Source of the DNA: Camelus dromedarius
Taxonomy: Eukaryota
DNA length: 64,000 nucleotides
Assembly: GCF_036321535.1 (NCBI RefSeq)
Contig: NC_087447.1
Location: 36,458,001 to 36,522,000, forward strand
Direction of reading: 5' to 3'
The notes beneath the pieces were generated by a model. It saw only the letters and a program-made list of their open reading frames with translations. It was not told where the DNA came from and searched no databases. Numbering within the stretch: the first letter of the stretch is position 1; every line of letters begins with the position of its first letter. A program made the position numbers and the translations under genes. This document shows positions 25,795-37,700 of this stretch, one piece after another.

Positions 25795-27460
25795 AAAAAA
25801 CTGAAGTGTAAACATACAAAATGTATAAAATATAATTGTATGTATATATAATAATACTTACAAAGTGAATTCCATGTAACCATGTAATCCAGGTTAAAAA
25901 AAACCAGAATACTAATGTCATCCCAGAAGCCACTTGTGTCCCTTCCCAGTCATACCTCACCCTCTCTCTTTAAGGTAAACACCATTGTATGTGTAATGTT
26001 AGTCGTTTCCTTTGCTTTATAGTTTTACTGTCTTTGAATGCAACTTTGAACAATATGATTTGATCTTGCCTGTTTTTAATGCATTATGTAAATTATACAG
26101 AATCATTTTTTATGGGTTGCAGTTTTTGCTCAACATATATCATGATGAAATCCTAGTTTATTAATTTGCTCTTTATTGTATGAGTATTATGAGTATCAGA
26201 GTTTGTCCTCTCTATTGTCAGTGAGCATTTGGGCTATTTTCAGTTGCTGATTATTATGAACAATTCTACTATGAACCTTTTTGTACATGTATCTTCTTGA
26301 CATACATGGACAAGTTTCTCGAGGTTGTATTTGCGGGAATGGAATTCTTGGATCAGAGGATTTTACCAGATAATGCTAAAATTAAAAAAAAAAGTGATAA
26401 TTTATACTGCTACTAATAGTCTATGAGCATACCCCGTCCTTGACATCTGTGCTAATGGCTGATGTTGTCAGACTTTAAATATTTGCCAATCTGCTGGCTG
26501 TGTAGTAATATCTCACCATGGTTTTAATTTGTATTCCTGATTACAAATGGTTGTTAAGCACTTTTTTTTTCTTAAAGTTATTGATCTGGTAGATTTCTTC
26601 TTTTGGGAAGTTCCTGTTCAAGTCTTTTGCTCACTCATTTTTCTTTTGGGTTGTCTGCCTTTTTTAAAAAATGATTTTTAACTTCCTATATATTCTTTAT
26701 ATAAATTCTTTGTTATTTATGTGTTGCAAATATCTTTTTCCACTCCTGGTTTGCTTTTTACTCTCTTTATGGAATTGTTTGATGACCAGGCATTCTTAAT
26801 TTTAATAAAGTTGAATATTGATCTTTTCTTTTTTGGTTAAACCTGTGCTGTTTAAGACATTCTTTCCTATGTGAGGTTATGAAGATAATCTTCAATGACT
26901 TCCACATTGACCTTTAATCCAGCTGCAGTTGTGTTGGGATATTGTTTGATGTAGGAGTGTAGTTGTATTTTTTTCCTTCTATAGGTATCCAGCTGTACCA
27001 GATAATTTACTAAAATCCATCCTTTCCTGACTGCTCTGCAGAGTTACCTCTGTCATATATCAAATGCCCATATAAGCATGGGTCTATTTTGGGGTCATTT
27101 ATTATGTTCTCTTGATGTGTTTGTCTCTCCTTGTACCCTACTTACTTATATTTGCTCAATACTAAGTCTATTATCTTGTAGAATAAGTTCTGTCACCTTG
27201 TTTTTATTTTTCAAGAGTGTTTTGGCACTTCTTGATCCTTTGCATTTCCATATAAATTTAGAATTAACTTGTTAAGTTCCACAGACAAAACCTGTTGTGA
27301 TTTTTTTTAATTCAGTTTGCATTTAATCAATAAGTCAATTTTTATGGAAATGATACTTAACATTGTATCTTCCAACCCATGAACATTTATCTCTCTCCAA
27401 TTATTTCAGTCCTCTTTAAAGTGTCCCAATGGAGTTTATAAATTTTCCTGTACAGGTCTA
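25795..27460 (-). mobile_element. Old L1 (L1ME-like) 3' portion
   Basis: Antisense L1 3' UTR and ORF2 motifs, e.g. tttgcatttccatataaatttagaat and tcttccaacccatgaacat. Confidence 0.8.
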
Positions 27461-29221
27461 ATGCGGCATTAATGTTAAGAAAATTAAATAACATTTCAAG
27501 ACAATAGTAACAGAGAGGTCAGAAAGTTAATTGTTAAATGAGCAATACAAACCATAAATTGCTTTAAGAATTCAGTAAGGGAACAGATATACTTTAGTGT
27601 TTCATGATAGATGAAACTCGAAGAGATTTTGGGTCCAATATTAATAAACAGTATTATCTTAGTTCCCTCATAGGTGTTATATACATGTATATAAATTAAT
27701 TTTCATATTTTTGGTTGGTTACGAAATTAAAAAAGAACTAATGTACTGATTGTTTCATTGACTATTTGCACAGTCACTATTTTACTGATTCCTTTTTTTC
27801 TCTGTTGAATCTTTTGGCTGAAATGGCTATCCTTAAGCAGATATTTTGGTATCATGTAAAAATATCTTAAGGGTAAGGTCTTCTTTATTGTCATTTCCAA
27901 CCCAAGTATGTTATAAAAGTCTTTGAAACATGAATGTTTGGTGTGACTTCTGAAATAGTGAAATAGTGTATTAGTTGCTTTTTAGTGGTAAGTTTAGCCA
28001 TTTCCATTTGGCATATTGATTCTTTGAAACATCAGAGACTTTCTTCAGTGTGTGACTTATAGGCTTCAGGGGAGAACTGAACCACATTCATTGTTTGGCA
28101 TTAAAATGTAATTTATTTTTATTTTCAAAATAGAGATTGGCATATTTAAAAGAATTAGGTGGCATTCTTAGTTCTTAATAAAAATAAATCTCTGTTGGTC
28201 TTGACGATTGCTGTACAGATAGGTCCCAACCTTGTCACTTCTGAGGAACAGCAGTGAAATTGTTTGTTCCTGACAGCAGACAGCCCCACTGCAGAGACCT
28301 GGTTTCATGTTACATTAAGTATTAGTGCTGTTCTTTCAGGAGCTATTATGCTGTGACATCAAAGATTTTCTGACAGGGCAGTGGTAGGTTAGCACTGAAG
28401 TTGTCTGCTGAAATTTTAAAGAATGAAATTAAATATATATGGTCAGACTTTAATATAAGAGATTGGGGCAGAATTAGAATGGTTTAAAGAAGATTGAAGA
28501 AATGATGAGTCTACAGGCTGGCTTCTTTGTCTCCACTTGTTTAAGCCAAATTTTATTATGTTCTATTTCTACAAAAAGTGCAAATGACTGTTATGTTAAT
28601 GATAGGATAGTTGGTCATTTTAAGACATTATGAATAAGGAAAAAAGCCTTTTTAAAAAAATGGTTAGGTTGACCTGTAGAGTATTTGATATAAATGAACA
28701 AGTGGACAGTAATTGCAATGGCCTGACTACAATTAGTTAAAAGATCCACTAATTAGTTAAAAGAATCAAACTACATATTCTATTAAAGTTACAGGAGTAT
28801 AATTTAAATTGCAAGTAAAGAGATGGAAAGTCTTGTGACTAAAAAGGCTTAATATTTCATAGCAATTGTATAAATATAGGTAACTTAAAAATTAATAAGA
28901 TTACAATATTATCTTTAGAAAAGGCTAACTTTTGTTAAATGTTGGGAAATATTATTAGTCACTTTTGTTTGTGTAGGCTTTCTATTTAAGAAAAATCAAT
29001 TAAGCCTTGTTGTAACTGTAACATTACTATATTTTCATGAAATAATCTTGGTAATATGAAATGTCAATTTTATAAGCACAATTCAATGTCTGGACATTTT
29101 AGGCAATATAACAATTTTTGAGATTAAGCAAATAAATCATATGTTAAAATGAATATGTACGCAGTATTGTAGTTTTGTTTTTATTAAAGTAATAGTAAAT
29201 AAAACTTTTTAAAAATTATAT

Positions 29222-29404
29222 ACAGATACAAACTTCTAAACATAAAATAGACAAGCAACAAAAATTTACTGTATAACATAGGAAACTATATTCAAAATCT
29301 TGCAGTAAAGTATAATGGAAAATAATCTGAAAAAAATAACTGAATCACCTTGCTCTATACCTGAAACTGACCCAATGTTGTAAATCAGCTATACTTCAAT
29401 AAAA
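29222..29404 (+). mobile_element. Short L1 3' terminus (artiodactyl type)
   Basis: tactgtataacataggaaactatattcaa...ataactgaatcaccttgctctatacctgaaact...gtaaatcagctatacttcaataaaa. Confidence 0.8.
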
Positions 29405-30649
29405 TACCATGATACATTTATTTTAAATAATATAATACTAATACTGTCAGTTGAGAAGTAACTGGAGGAAAAAAATTTCTTTATAGGTACTTGTGTGTTT
29501 GATCATGTTTCAAGATAATTTCCATTCAGTTGAAAGTATTCTGTAATATAATCATGAAAACAATTATTTAGAAACTGAATTTAAAGGTCTTTGCTCTGAC
29601 GTATCTCACAATTTTATTCAGATAGATTGGATTGCACCAGGAAATATTGCTACATCCTTTAAAAATCATTAAACTTGATTACTGTGAAATAAAATGGCCA
29701 AGGAGTTCTACTATTTCTCATACCACTTGTTGAAATTGAGATACTTGAAATGAATTTGATTATATAAAAATGCTTTCACCCTTTACAAGTTTTTGTGTTG
29801 TTTTTACTTTTGGTGTAGCAAAATGCAGTGATAAAAAATCAAAAGAAGCAATAGGCCAAATATGAAAAAGATATTATAATGTCTTCTCTGGGGACCCTGA
29901 AATCTTATATTTCAGAAATGTCCAAATAGATTAAATATTTTTCTTTTAAAATGTTATAATTTTAAATTATAATATTTGGTAGGAAAGGGTGACTGTTGGG
30001 TTAGATGTTTACTCATTTAAAAGCAGTAATCCTATATAGATATTTATATTATCAATAGTATTTCAATCCTTTTACTTCTGTCAACTGCAGGCATCCGAAT
30101 TCAAAATGCTTTGAATTGCCATTCTACAAACAGGATACATAGAGTTGAGCAATGTTGCCATTAGCTGGCTAAAAGCTACATAGGTGCATTTAAAATTTTC
30201 TAGTATACTTACTTACTGAAGGACTGAAGGACTATAAAAAATTTTAGTCTTTTTCATAGGATGATGAAAGAAAGTGTGAGTACTTTAATTAATTTGAACT
30301 GTTTTGAAAAACTTTTAAAGTCTGGTTTGTCACACTGTCTATGAAACAATTGATCAGCACTGGTGTTCTCAGGAGAGCTGATTATAGGTACAGTCAGCTA
30401 TTCCCAAGGGACTGCTAAATGAATGTTAAAAAAAAGGGGTTGTTTATTTATTTTTGAAAATTTTGTGCATTTAACTTAAAGGCTACTGGGAAATACATTT
30501 TGAGGAGAATTTGTTGGACATTATGTTATGAGAGGCACAGATGCCTTTTTAAATAAAAGTTATCTTCCATTTAAGAAAAAAACCTAATAATCAGAAACCA
30601 TTCTATATTCATTTGTATTGTTTGGGGTTTAAATATGTGTTTCATACTT

Positions 30650-30950
30650 TTTCAAATCAACAAATAATTTGTTAGGTGCTGACTATGTACTAGGCCTTAT
30701 GGGAATAGAAAATAATTAGTGTGCATCTCTGAACTCAAAGAACTTTACAGTTGTTAGGGCAGTACAAGAGAATGTATAATCAATTGCTAGAATATGTGGT
30801 TAGACTATATCTTCGGAGATGAGAAAGAATAAAATCAGCTACTGAGAAATAAGGGTAGGCTTCTATAAGTACACTTCTGAATTGAAGTTTAAAGGCCTTA
30901 TAGGACTTAAATTGGCATTGTTGAAGAGTGAACATATCAGGGTGGGTGAA
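30650..30950 (-). mobile_element. L2 fragment
   Basis: tcaacaaataatttgttaggtgctgactatgtactaggc...ctcaaagaactttacagt. Confidence 0.6.
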
Positions 30951-32279
30951 TTTGCCTTTGACTTTGCTGTGTTTACAAATTTATATTATTTGGGAACTTT
31001 TCTTTGAGCTTACCTTAATTAAACTTATTAAAGGAAATGCATTCAGAATTTTTTCTCCCATAAAAATCCAGAAGCCTAGTTTCCAGCATAGAATATCTTT
31101 TTAACTAACATAGTTTCTTATTTCTCTTTTAATAAATAGCGGCAAAAATGACTTGAAAATTCCACCAGTAAACAGGTCATATAATTGAAGTGAATCCTCA
31201 AAAATCTAGTTTTGATTTTGTTTAGTAAGTGAAAGCTAAGAGAAAATCTCCAAAGGCTGAAAGTTTACAGAGGAGAAGGTTTTTTGTTTTGTTTTTTTTC
31301 TAACTATCTTTGCCTTCCTACTGCAAATGTAACACATTTTCATACATTATGTTAAGTCTATTTGAAATCTGCACATAAAGAGAAACTCATAATTATATTA
31401 TGTAGTTCTTGGCAAATATTTATAGTTCTCTGGACTAGAGATTGTTATTACTATTCAATACCCTAATTTATGTTTTTATAGCATTATAAATATATATCTG
31501 GTAAATGCCAAGATACCCAAAAGTTAACAGTTTGTCTTAAAGTTAAAACATAAAAAAAAATTAAGTTACTGAGATGTGATTTAAGAGCTCAAAATTAGCT
31601 TCAGTTTTAGTTATTTTATTTAATTAGCCATGATTTCTTTTTACCTAAAGTGAAAGAAAACATTCAAACCAAAGACTACTCAGAAGATCATAAATGTAAG
31701 AGAAACAAGATTATTTCAAGTAAATAGTCTCATTTATATCAGATGGTGCATTGCTATATCCAAGAAACAAAATTTATCATTTATATATATTTTTTCTGAT
31801 TTTTGGTGGGAATAATCAGTTAAAAGGATGATCCTATTAGTTATTATCATTTGGTAATTAATTTTTATATTTAAAATTATTTCTCAACATAAATAGATGA
31901 GCATTTAAAAATAGTTTTTGTTGCTATTTGAATTTCTTTGTCTTTTAAAAGGGCACCAATGTATAAAGTAAATCTGACTATTTTACTATACTGCAATTTT
32001 ATTTTGTTGAATTTTGAGGTATACTCTTTCAAAAAAGGGCAAAATACGTTTATTTATTTAAAAGTTTAAGTGGTTGAAATTAATTTTAACTTCAGATTTT
32101 TTGAGAATTTCACAACTCTTTGAAACTGCAGTCATTTTCACATTAAAAAATACTAGCAATCAAATACTTGGGTTTAGAGTTTATTAGTGTAACAAATCCC
32201 AACTCAAGGTGCATAATTTGATAATTTCCTTCAGCCTCTATGTATGCAGATCTATACTGCACTTTTTAATTTGTTTCTT

Positions 32280-32570
32280 ATTTCATTCACTTGACAAATT
32301 TATTGAGCATATACACTGTATCGGGCATCAAAGATATAGAGATGAAACATAAGTGGATACTGCCCTGGATAAACTCACAACTGGGTGATGGGAGAGGCAA
32401 GATTGGGAATGAAGGAAAGTAGAGATAAAAGATACATTAGGAGTGTGAGATGGGCAGTGTAAAAGGCATCAAAAATATTTTTAGGTTCGATAATGTGAAG
32501 AATGTTTTAATAGAGTAATGGGCAGAGGTCTGTGGGAGCCCATAAGGCATAATATTAATTTTGACTGAAT
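32280..32570 (-). mobile_element. L2 fragment
   Basis: ttcattcacttgacaaatttattgagcat...gatatagagatgaa...tgccctgg. Confidence 0.6.
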
Positions 32571-32669
32571 GATGGGTTCTGAGCTACTATTTTTTATGCA
32601 TATAACTCGAATTTTTTATTGTTCACCCCATTGCCTTAAGGTCAGCTCAATATGGTATTTTCACATTAA

Positions 32670-33392
32670 ATTTTTTTTTGAGATAGTATTTGCATCACAT
32701 AAAAGTTATCCGTTTTAAAGGGAATTGTTCAGTGGCATCTTGTAATGTTTACAATGTTGTGCAATCAGCACACCTACCTAGTTCCAGACATTTTCATCAT
32801 CCCAAAATGAAACCCCATGCTTATCAAGCAGTTATCCCCATTTCTCTCTCTCCTCAGCATCTGGCAACCACTAATCTTCTTTATGTCTCTATGGATTTAC
32901 CTTTTCTTGATATTTCATATAAAAGGAATCATACAATATATTACCTTTTGTGACTTGCTTTTTTCACTTAGCATAACGTTTTCTAGACTCATCTATGTTG
33001 TAGCATGCATCAGTACTTTATTCCTTTTTAATGAGTGAATAATATTCTATTGTGTATGTTCTATAGTTTATTTATCCATTCATCCATTGATGGGTATTTA
33101 GGTTGTTTACACTTTTTGACTATTTAAAATAGTGCTTCTGTGAGCATGTGTGTACATGTATTTGTCTGAGTACCTGTTTTCAATTTTTCTGGATGTGTAC
33201 CTAGGAATGGGATTGCTGGGTTATATGTTAATTCCATGTTTAACTTTTTGAGGAACTGCCATACTGTTTTCTACAGTAGCGCCACCATTTTACGTTCCCA
33301 CTAACAATGTACGAACCTTCCAGTTTCTTCACATCCTTGCCAATGTTTGTTATTTTCCACTAAAAAAATGATAGCCATCTTACTGGGTGTGT
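32670..33392 (-). mobile_element. L1MB-like 3' fragment
   Basis: Poly-T, ttccagacattttcatcatcccaaaa, ctggcaaccactaatct, aactttttgaggaactgcc. Confidence 0.85.
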
Positions 33393-33842
33393 CAGATACT
33401 ATTTTGATGCCTATTTTTTGAAGTCAGAACTAGGAATCTCTGAAAACCATGGGGAAGTGATGGGTTTGGTTGAGCTTACAATAGTCGTCACTGAATCTAT
33501 TTCTTCTTTCTCAGCAGGAAAGATCCTGAGCTTCCCAGAGATACCTGTAGGCTGATCAGACCTCAGTACTTCATAGTATTGTTCATTCCCCACAATCTGT
33601 TATCAACAGAACAGGATCCTAACTACCCCAGGACAGATGAAGTTAAATGTTGTAGAGGCTGGCAACAATGTTTTTGGATCCTCACAGGGCTTACTTTGAA
33701 GATAAGCCCCTTTTAAAGAGGAGTTGCTCATACTTCAGAAGACTCTTGAAGGCTTCATTTTAGCACCTTAGGTAGCTATTAGTAAACTAACGAAGTAGAG
33801 CCTTAAATCAGAAGTTCTAAACTTCTTTATCTTCCCAGAAAT

Positions 33843-34079
33843 GGAAGCCATTATAATAGAAACTTTAAAACACAAGAATATAGAAGCACATATTCTGTTA
33901 ACTTTTAGAGGAATGACATCATTATATAACACTTGGAAAACTCTACGTTTGCAAGAGAATGAAAGTGAAAAAGGCAAATAACATGTTATTATCCTCATTA
34001 AAATAATTTTGACCTTGCAGTTCTCTGAAAGAGTCTTGGGGATACTTATAGATCCATGACCATACTTTGAGAACTGCTG
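33843..34079. mobile_element. hAT-Charlie non-autonomous element fragment
   Basis: Ends in a Charlie-type TIR (ccatactttgagaactgctg) with internal gcaagagaatgaaagtgaaaaaggcaaataac. Confidence 0.65.
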
Positions 34080-34144
34080 TCCTAAATTATAATGTATCCA
34101 GGGATCTAAAAATACTAATGTTGACAATATCAATCTTAAAATAA

Positions 34145-34255
34145 CTTTTATTAAATACCTGTGTTCTAATCAGGCACTGATCTAAGTTCTGGGGATATAG
34201 CAGTGTAGGAGATGGATAAAGTTCCTGCCCTCATGAGCTTTGAGTTCTAGTCAGT
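34145..34255 (-). mobile_element. L2 3' fragment
   Basis: ttattaaatacct...caggcactgatctaagttctggggatatagcagtg...cctgccctcatgagctt. Confidence 0.7.
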
Positions 34256-34665
34256 TGATCTGGCAACTGAATGAAGTCATGAGTTTTCTATTTGACTAAG
34301 CTAAGTCCTTACATTCATATCTCAGGATTTGTCAAGGCATGTGGGGGGCTATTTATTTACAGCAGGTGAGGCAGTACAGCTGCATTTGTTGACAGGAGTT
34401 CAGAGTAATGGAAGACTGCGGTGCCCAAAGCGAGTGGACAACAATATTTAGTTGCATCCCAGACAGCAAGATTTTTGACAGCAAGATTCTTTTTAAGATA
34501 CTTGTTTCTCTTCTCTTCCCTTCCTCCCGCCACCTCTTTCCTCCTTCCTTTTTCCCTTTTTTCTTCCCTTCCTTCCTTCCACTTTAAGTTGTAGGTAGAC
34601 TTTTTCCTCAGATCACCTCTACAATCTTACCACTCTCTCAAAAAGTTATAGCCTTATGCTTCTTT

Positions 34666-34748
34666 ATTATATATAATAAAGAATATATAATATATAATAA
34701 ATTATATATAATGTATAGAATAAACATATATAGAATACATATGTATGT
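34666..34748. repeat. AT-rich degenerate (TA)n
   Basis: atatataataaagaatatataatatataataaattatatata... Confidence 0.85.
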
Positions 34749-37700
34749 GTAACACCAAGCACCTGCTATATTTCAGGCAAATTGCTGGGTACTAGCAGTA
34801 ACACTGGCAATTGAATTTGACCCTCTGTTCTTAGAGCAAGAATTGGAATATTTTAATATCATGACTTAAAGAGATCACTCTAAGGCATGCTCTGAGAGGT
34901 TGCATTTCCCTAACTGTTCTCGTTTCTAGTTTTAACGGGCTTTAACAGTTTCTTTGTGTGAATGTACAATATTTCTGAATGGATTAGCTTTGAAAATTTC
35001 CCTATCCTGTCTCCCACCCTCAGCATTTAAATCATATAAACTGGACTTGCTTTGCATTTTCTGGAGCCATTGCTTTCTAGGGTAGTCTTTAGCAATCAAA
35101 ATATGCTAGCTATGGCTGTAGTCGGAAACTTTTTTCCCTTGGCAAAAACCAAAAAGGCAAAATAAAATAAACCTGAATTTCAAATTTTTGCTTTAATTAA
35201 AATAAGCTTTATAGACATGCATTTTAATGGTGCACTGATAGCCTAGAAAAATCAGAAGTTCAAAGGTTAGTATTGCCAGCACTCGTTAGACTCTTAAGTA
35301 ATAGCAACAAATATTGTGGAAATTGCAGTTTAGGAAAGACAATAGTACTATACAATTAATAAAGCCTGAAAGGCATTAGCAGATATACTAAGAGGCAGAG
35401 GTAAAGTGATTTCATTTATTTTAAAGGTAGAAAGCTGCATTTTTTTGTGTTTTGATTTTGATATTTTGAAGACTTGTGTCTCACTTGCTACGATCACAAA
35501 TTCCAGCTGTGAATAATGGAAACTATTGAATGGGTGTAAGTGCTGTATTGACTGCTCTTTTCAGTCTATAACACACCTTCCTTGTTGGCACCAAAGAGCA
35601 ATGAATGAGGCATTTTATTAAAACTGAGGCTTGTGGTTCTAATCAAAGGTCATTGGTTGGCTCTCACTTTTCAGTTTCAGATTTGTCTGTTTGATCAGGG
35701 GGCAGCAACGAAATTATTATGACAAAGACTTTGTACTAGGCTGTATCTGTCTGTTGAAACTTGAAAGTCTTTGGAACCGTGATGCTGACAGCATGTGAAC
35801 ACTGCAGGAATGTGCAAGCTGTGTAAGGTCTTAAAGAAACTTTTAAGTATCATCTTCCTTTTGTGTTGTTCGAAAGAGTTTCAGATACTATTAAGGTACT
35901 AGTGAAAAGGTGTTTTATTGATTAAAGAAGATTTTTTTCTAGCAAATATGCATTAAGACAGTCTTCCTATTACTTCTGCTCAGTCCCTGCTTTTATACAG
36001 CAAGTTCATTAACATGTAGATATGCAGTGATTGAAGTCAGACTGCTTTTTACAGTGGAGTTGTCTCGATATAATGAGCTCCTCTTTAATGTTAAAAAAAA
36101 TTGTTGTTACTTCCTAAAAGGGGTTGTTTGTGAATTTCATTAAATTTAATCTCCTCTTCAAACAATTTCAGCATTGTTCAGTTTACTACAATTAAAATGC
36201 TTTCTGATGCTAAAAAATCACTTTTTACAGATGTATCACAAATGTAAGCACTGTGAGAGGGGCTTTGTTTTTTACTTTGAAAGAAAAGCTGCTATTTAGC
36301 TGAGAATTCTTATTTTTTAAATTGGTGCTCCATATGGAAAATCATAAGAGGGTACACTTACTGTATTGCTAAACAAGCTAGTTTGCTCGTGAGGGTTAGG
36401 TTTCACAACTAGTTCATTCAGTCCCTGGACTAAAGCATTGATCTAATCATAGCTGAAAAACAAGGGCCTTATCCTTGCCTTCTAGGTTTACTAGATTACA
36501 ACCCCTTCATCTTTGGGATGTTGGAAGTCTTGAGAAAGAACAGATATAGTGAAGTTAGATTTTTGCTTTGGACAAAAGTTTCCAAAGGGGCATATTAGAA
36601 ACCTGACTAAATTCTCAGTTGCAAACCAGCAATTGTAGTTCATAGTGAATAGCTTCATTCTTTGTAAATTATCCTTTCCACTTAGGCAAGCATAAGTTCC
36701 CACTAGTTTGTAGGACTTGAATGGTATGAGAGAAATCCTTGGCATTGCTTGAAGATTGGGCATAGAAAAAGGTAGAATGTCTTTCTAGACAGGTGGAAGA
36801 TTTAAAAATTCCCAGGTGGTAGCAAGGACATTTTTCTGGTGAACGGAAGGTTGTGAAGGGAAGAGGTTGGAAAGTTAAGAATAAATTATTTGATTTCTTA
36901 AAGTTTTGGCCAGCTAGCAGAATTTATAGAGCTATGTGAGTCCTACTATGAACAGTGTTCAGGAAGATGTTCTTCCAGGATGTTTCTTCTTGCTTTAGTT
37001 TTTAGAGGCTATTTACATAGTGCCAAAACATCTAGTCAAGTCAGGAATATACTCAGAGATTCTTGATATTTGATATTGCATAGAAAAAATATTTTAGATG
37101 TTTGGCTAATTTTTGAAATTGTGTTCTGGCTCCTTGAAGATAGGGCCAGCATCTGAACCTTAACAGGGGTCTTTAGTAGACTGAGCTAATCATATCACTA
37201 AGTGGGCCTTTATAAGTCATTATGATGTAGCTACATAACAAAAGGGCCTAATCAGATATCTTTATTATACAAAAGATAAGAAGACACTATCATCAGAAAA
37301 AGGCACAGCTCTTATGCTATATAAGGCAGGAAATACTTCCATAGCTTGTATGAGCTAATAATTATGATAATATTAACTGATATTTTAATTTATAATAATA
37401 ATAAATGATAGTGTTGCTAATGTTATCGTTTATAATTACAAAGGTAATATTTTCAGATGAGAAATAAGGATATTTGAAATAAATACGTAAGATAATTATA
37501 TATGAGCAAAGGAATGGTGCATAAAAGAGTCATGGAATTTGATGTTTAGATTAACTCTTATGTGGAGATTGCCAGTCTTATGTTAGTTATGAAAGAAAGG
37601 AAAATTGGTAAGCTGGGACTGCCAGGGAGGACATTCTGGGGGTAGTGTATAGTCAAGAAGAAATTTGGATGAGGGAATGGATTTACTGGGCACATTTAGT

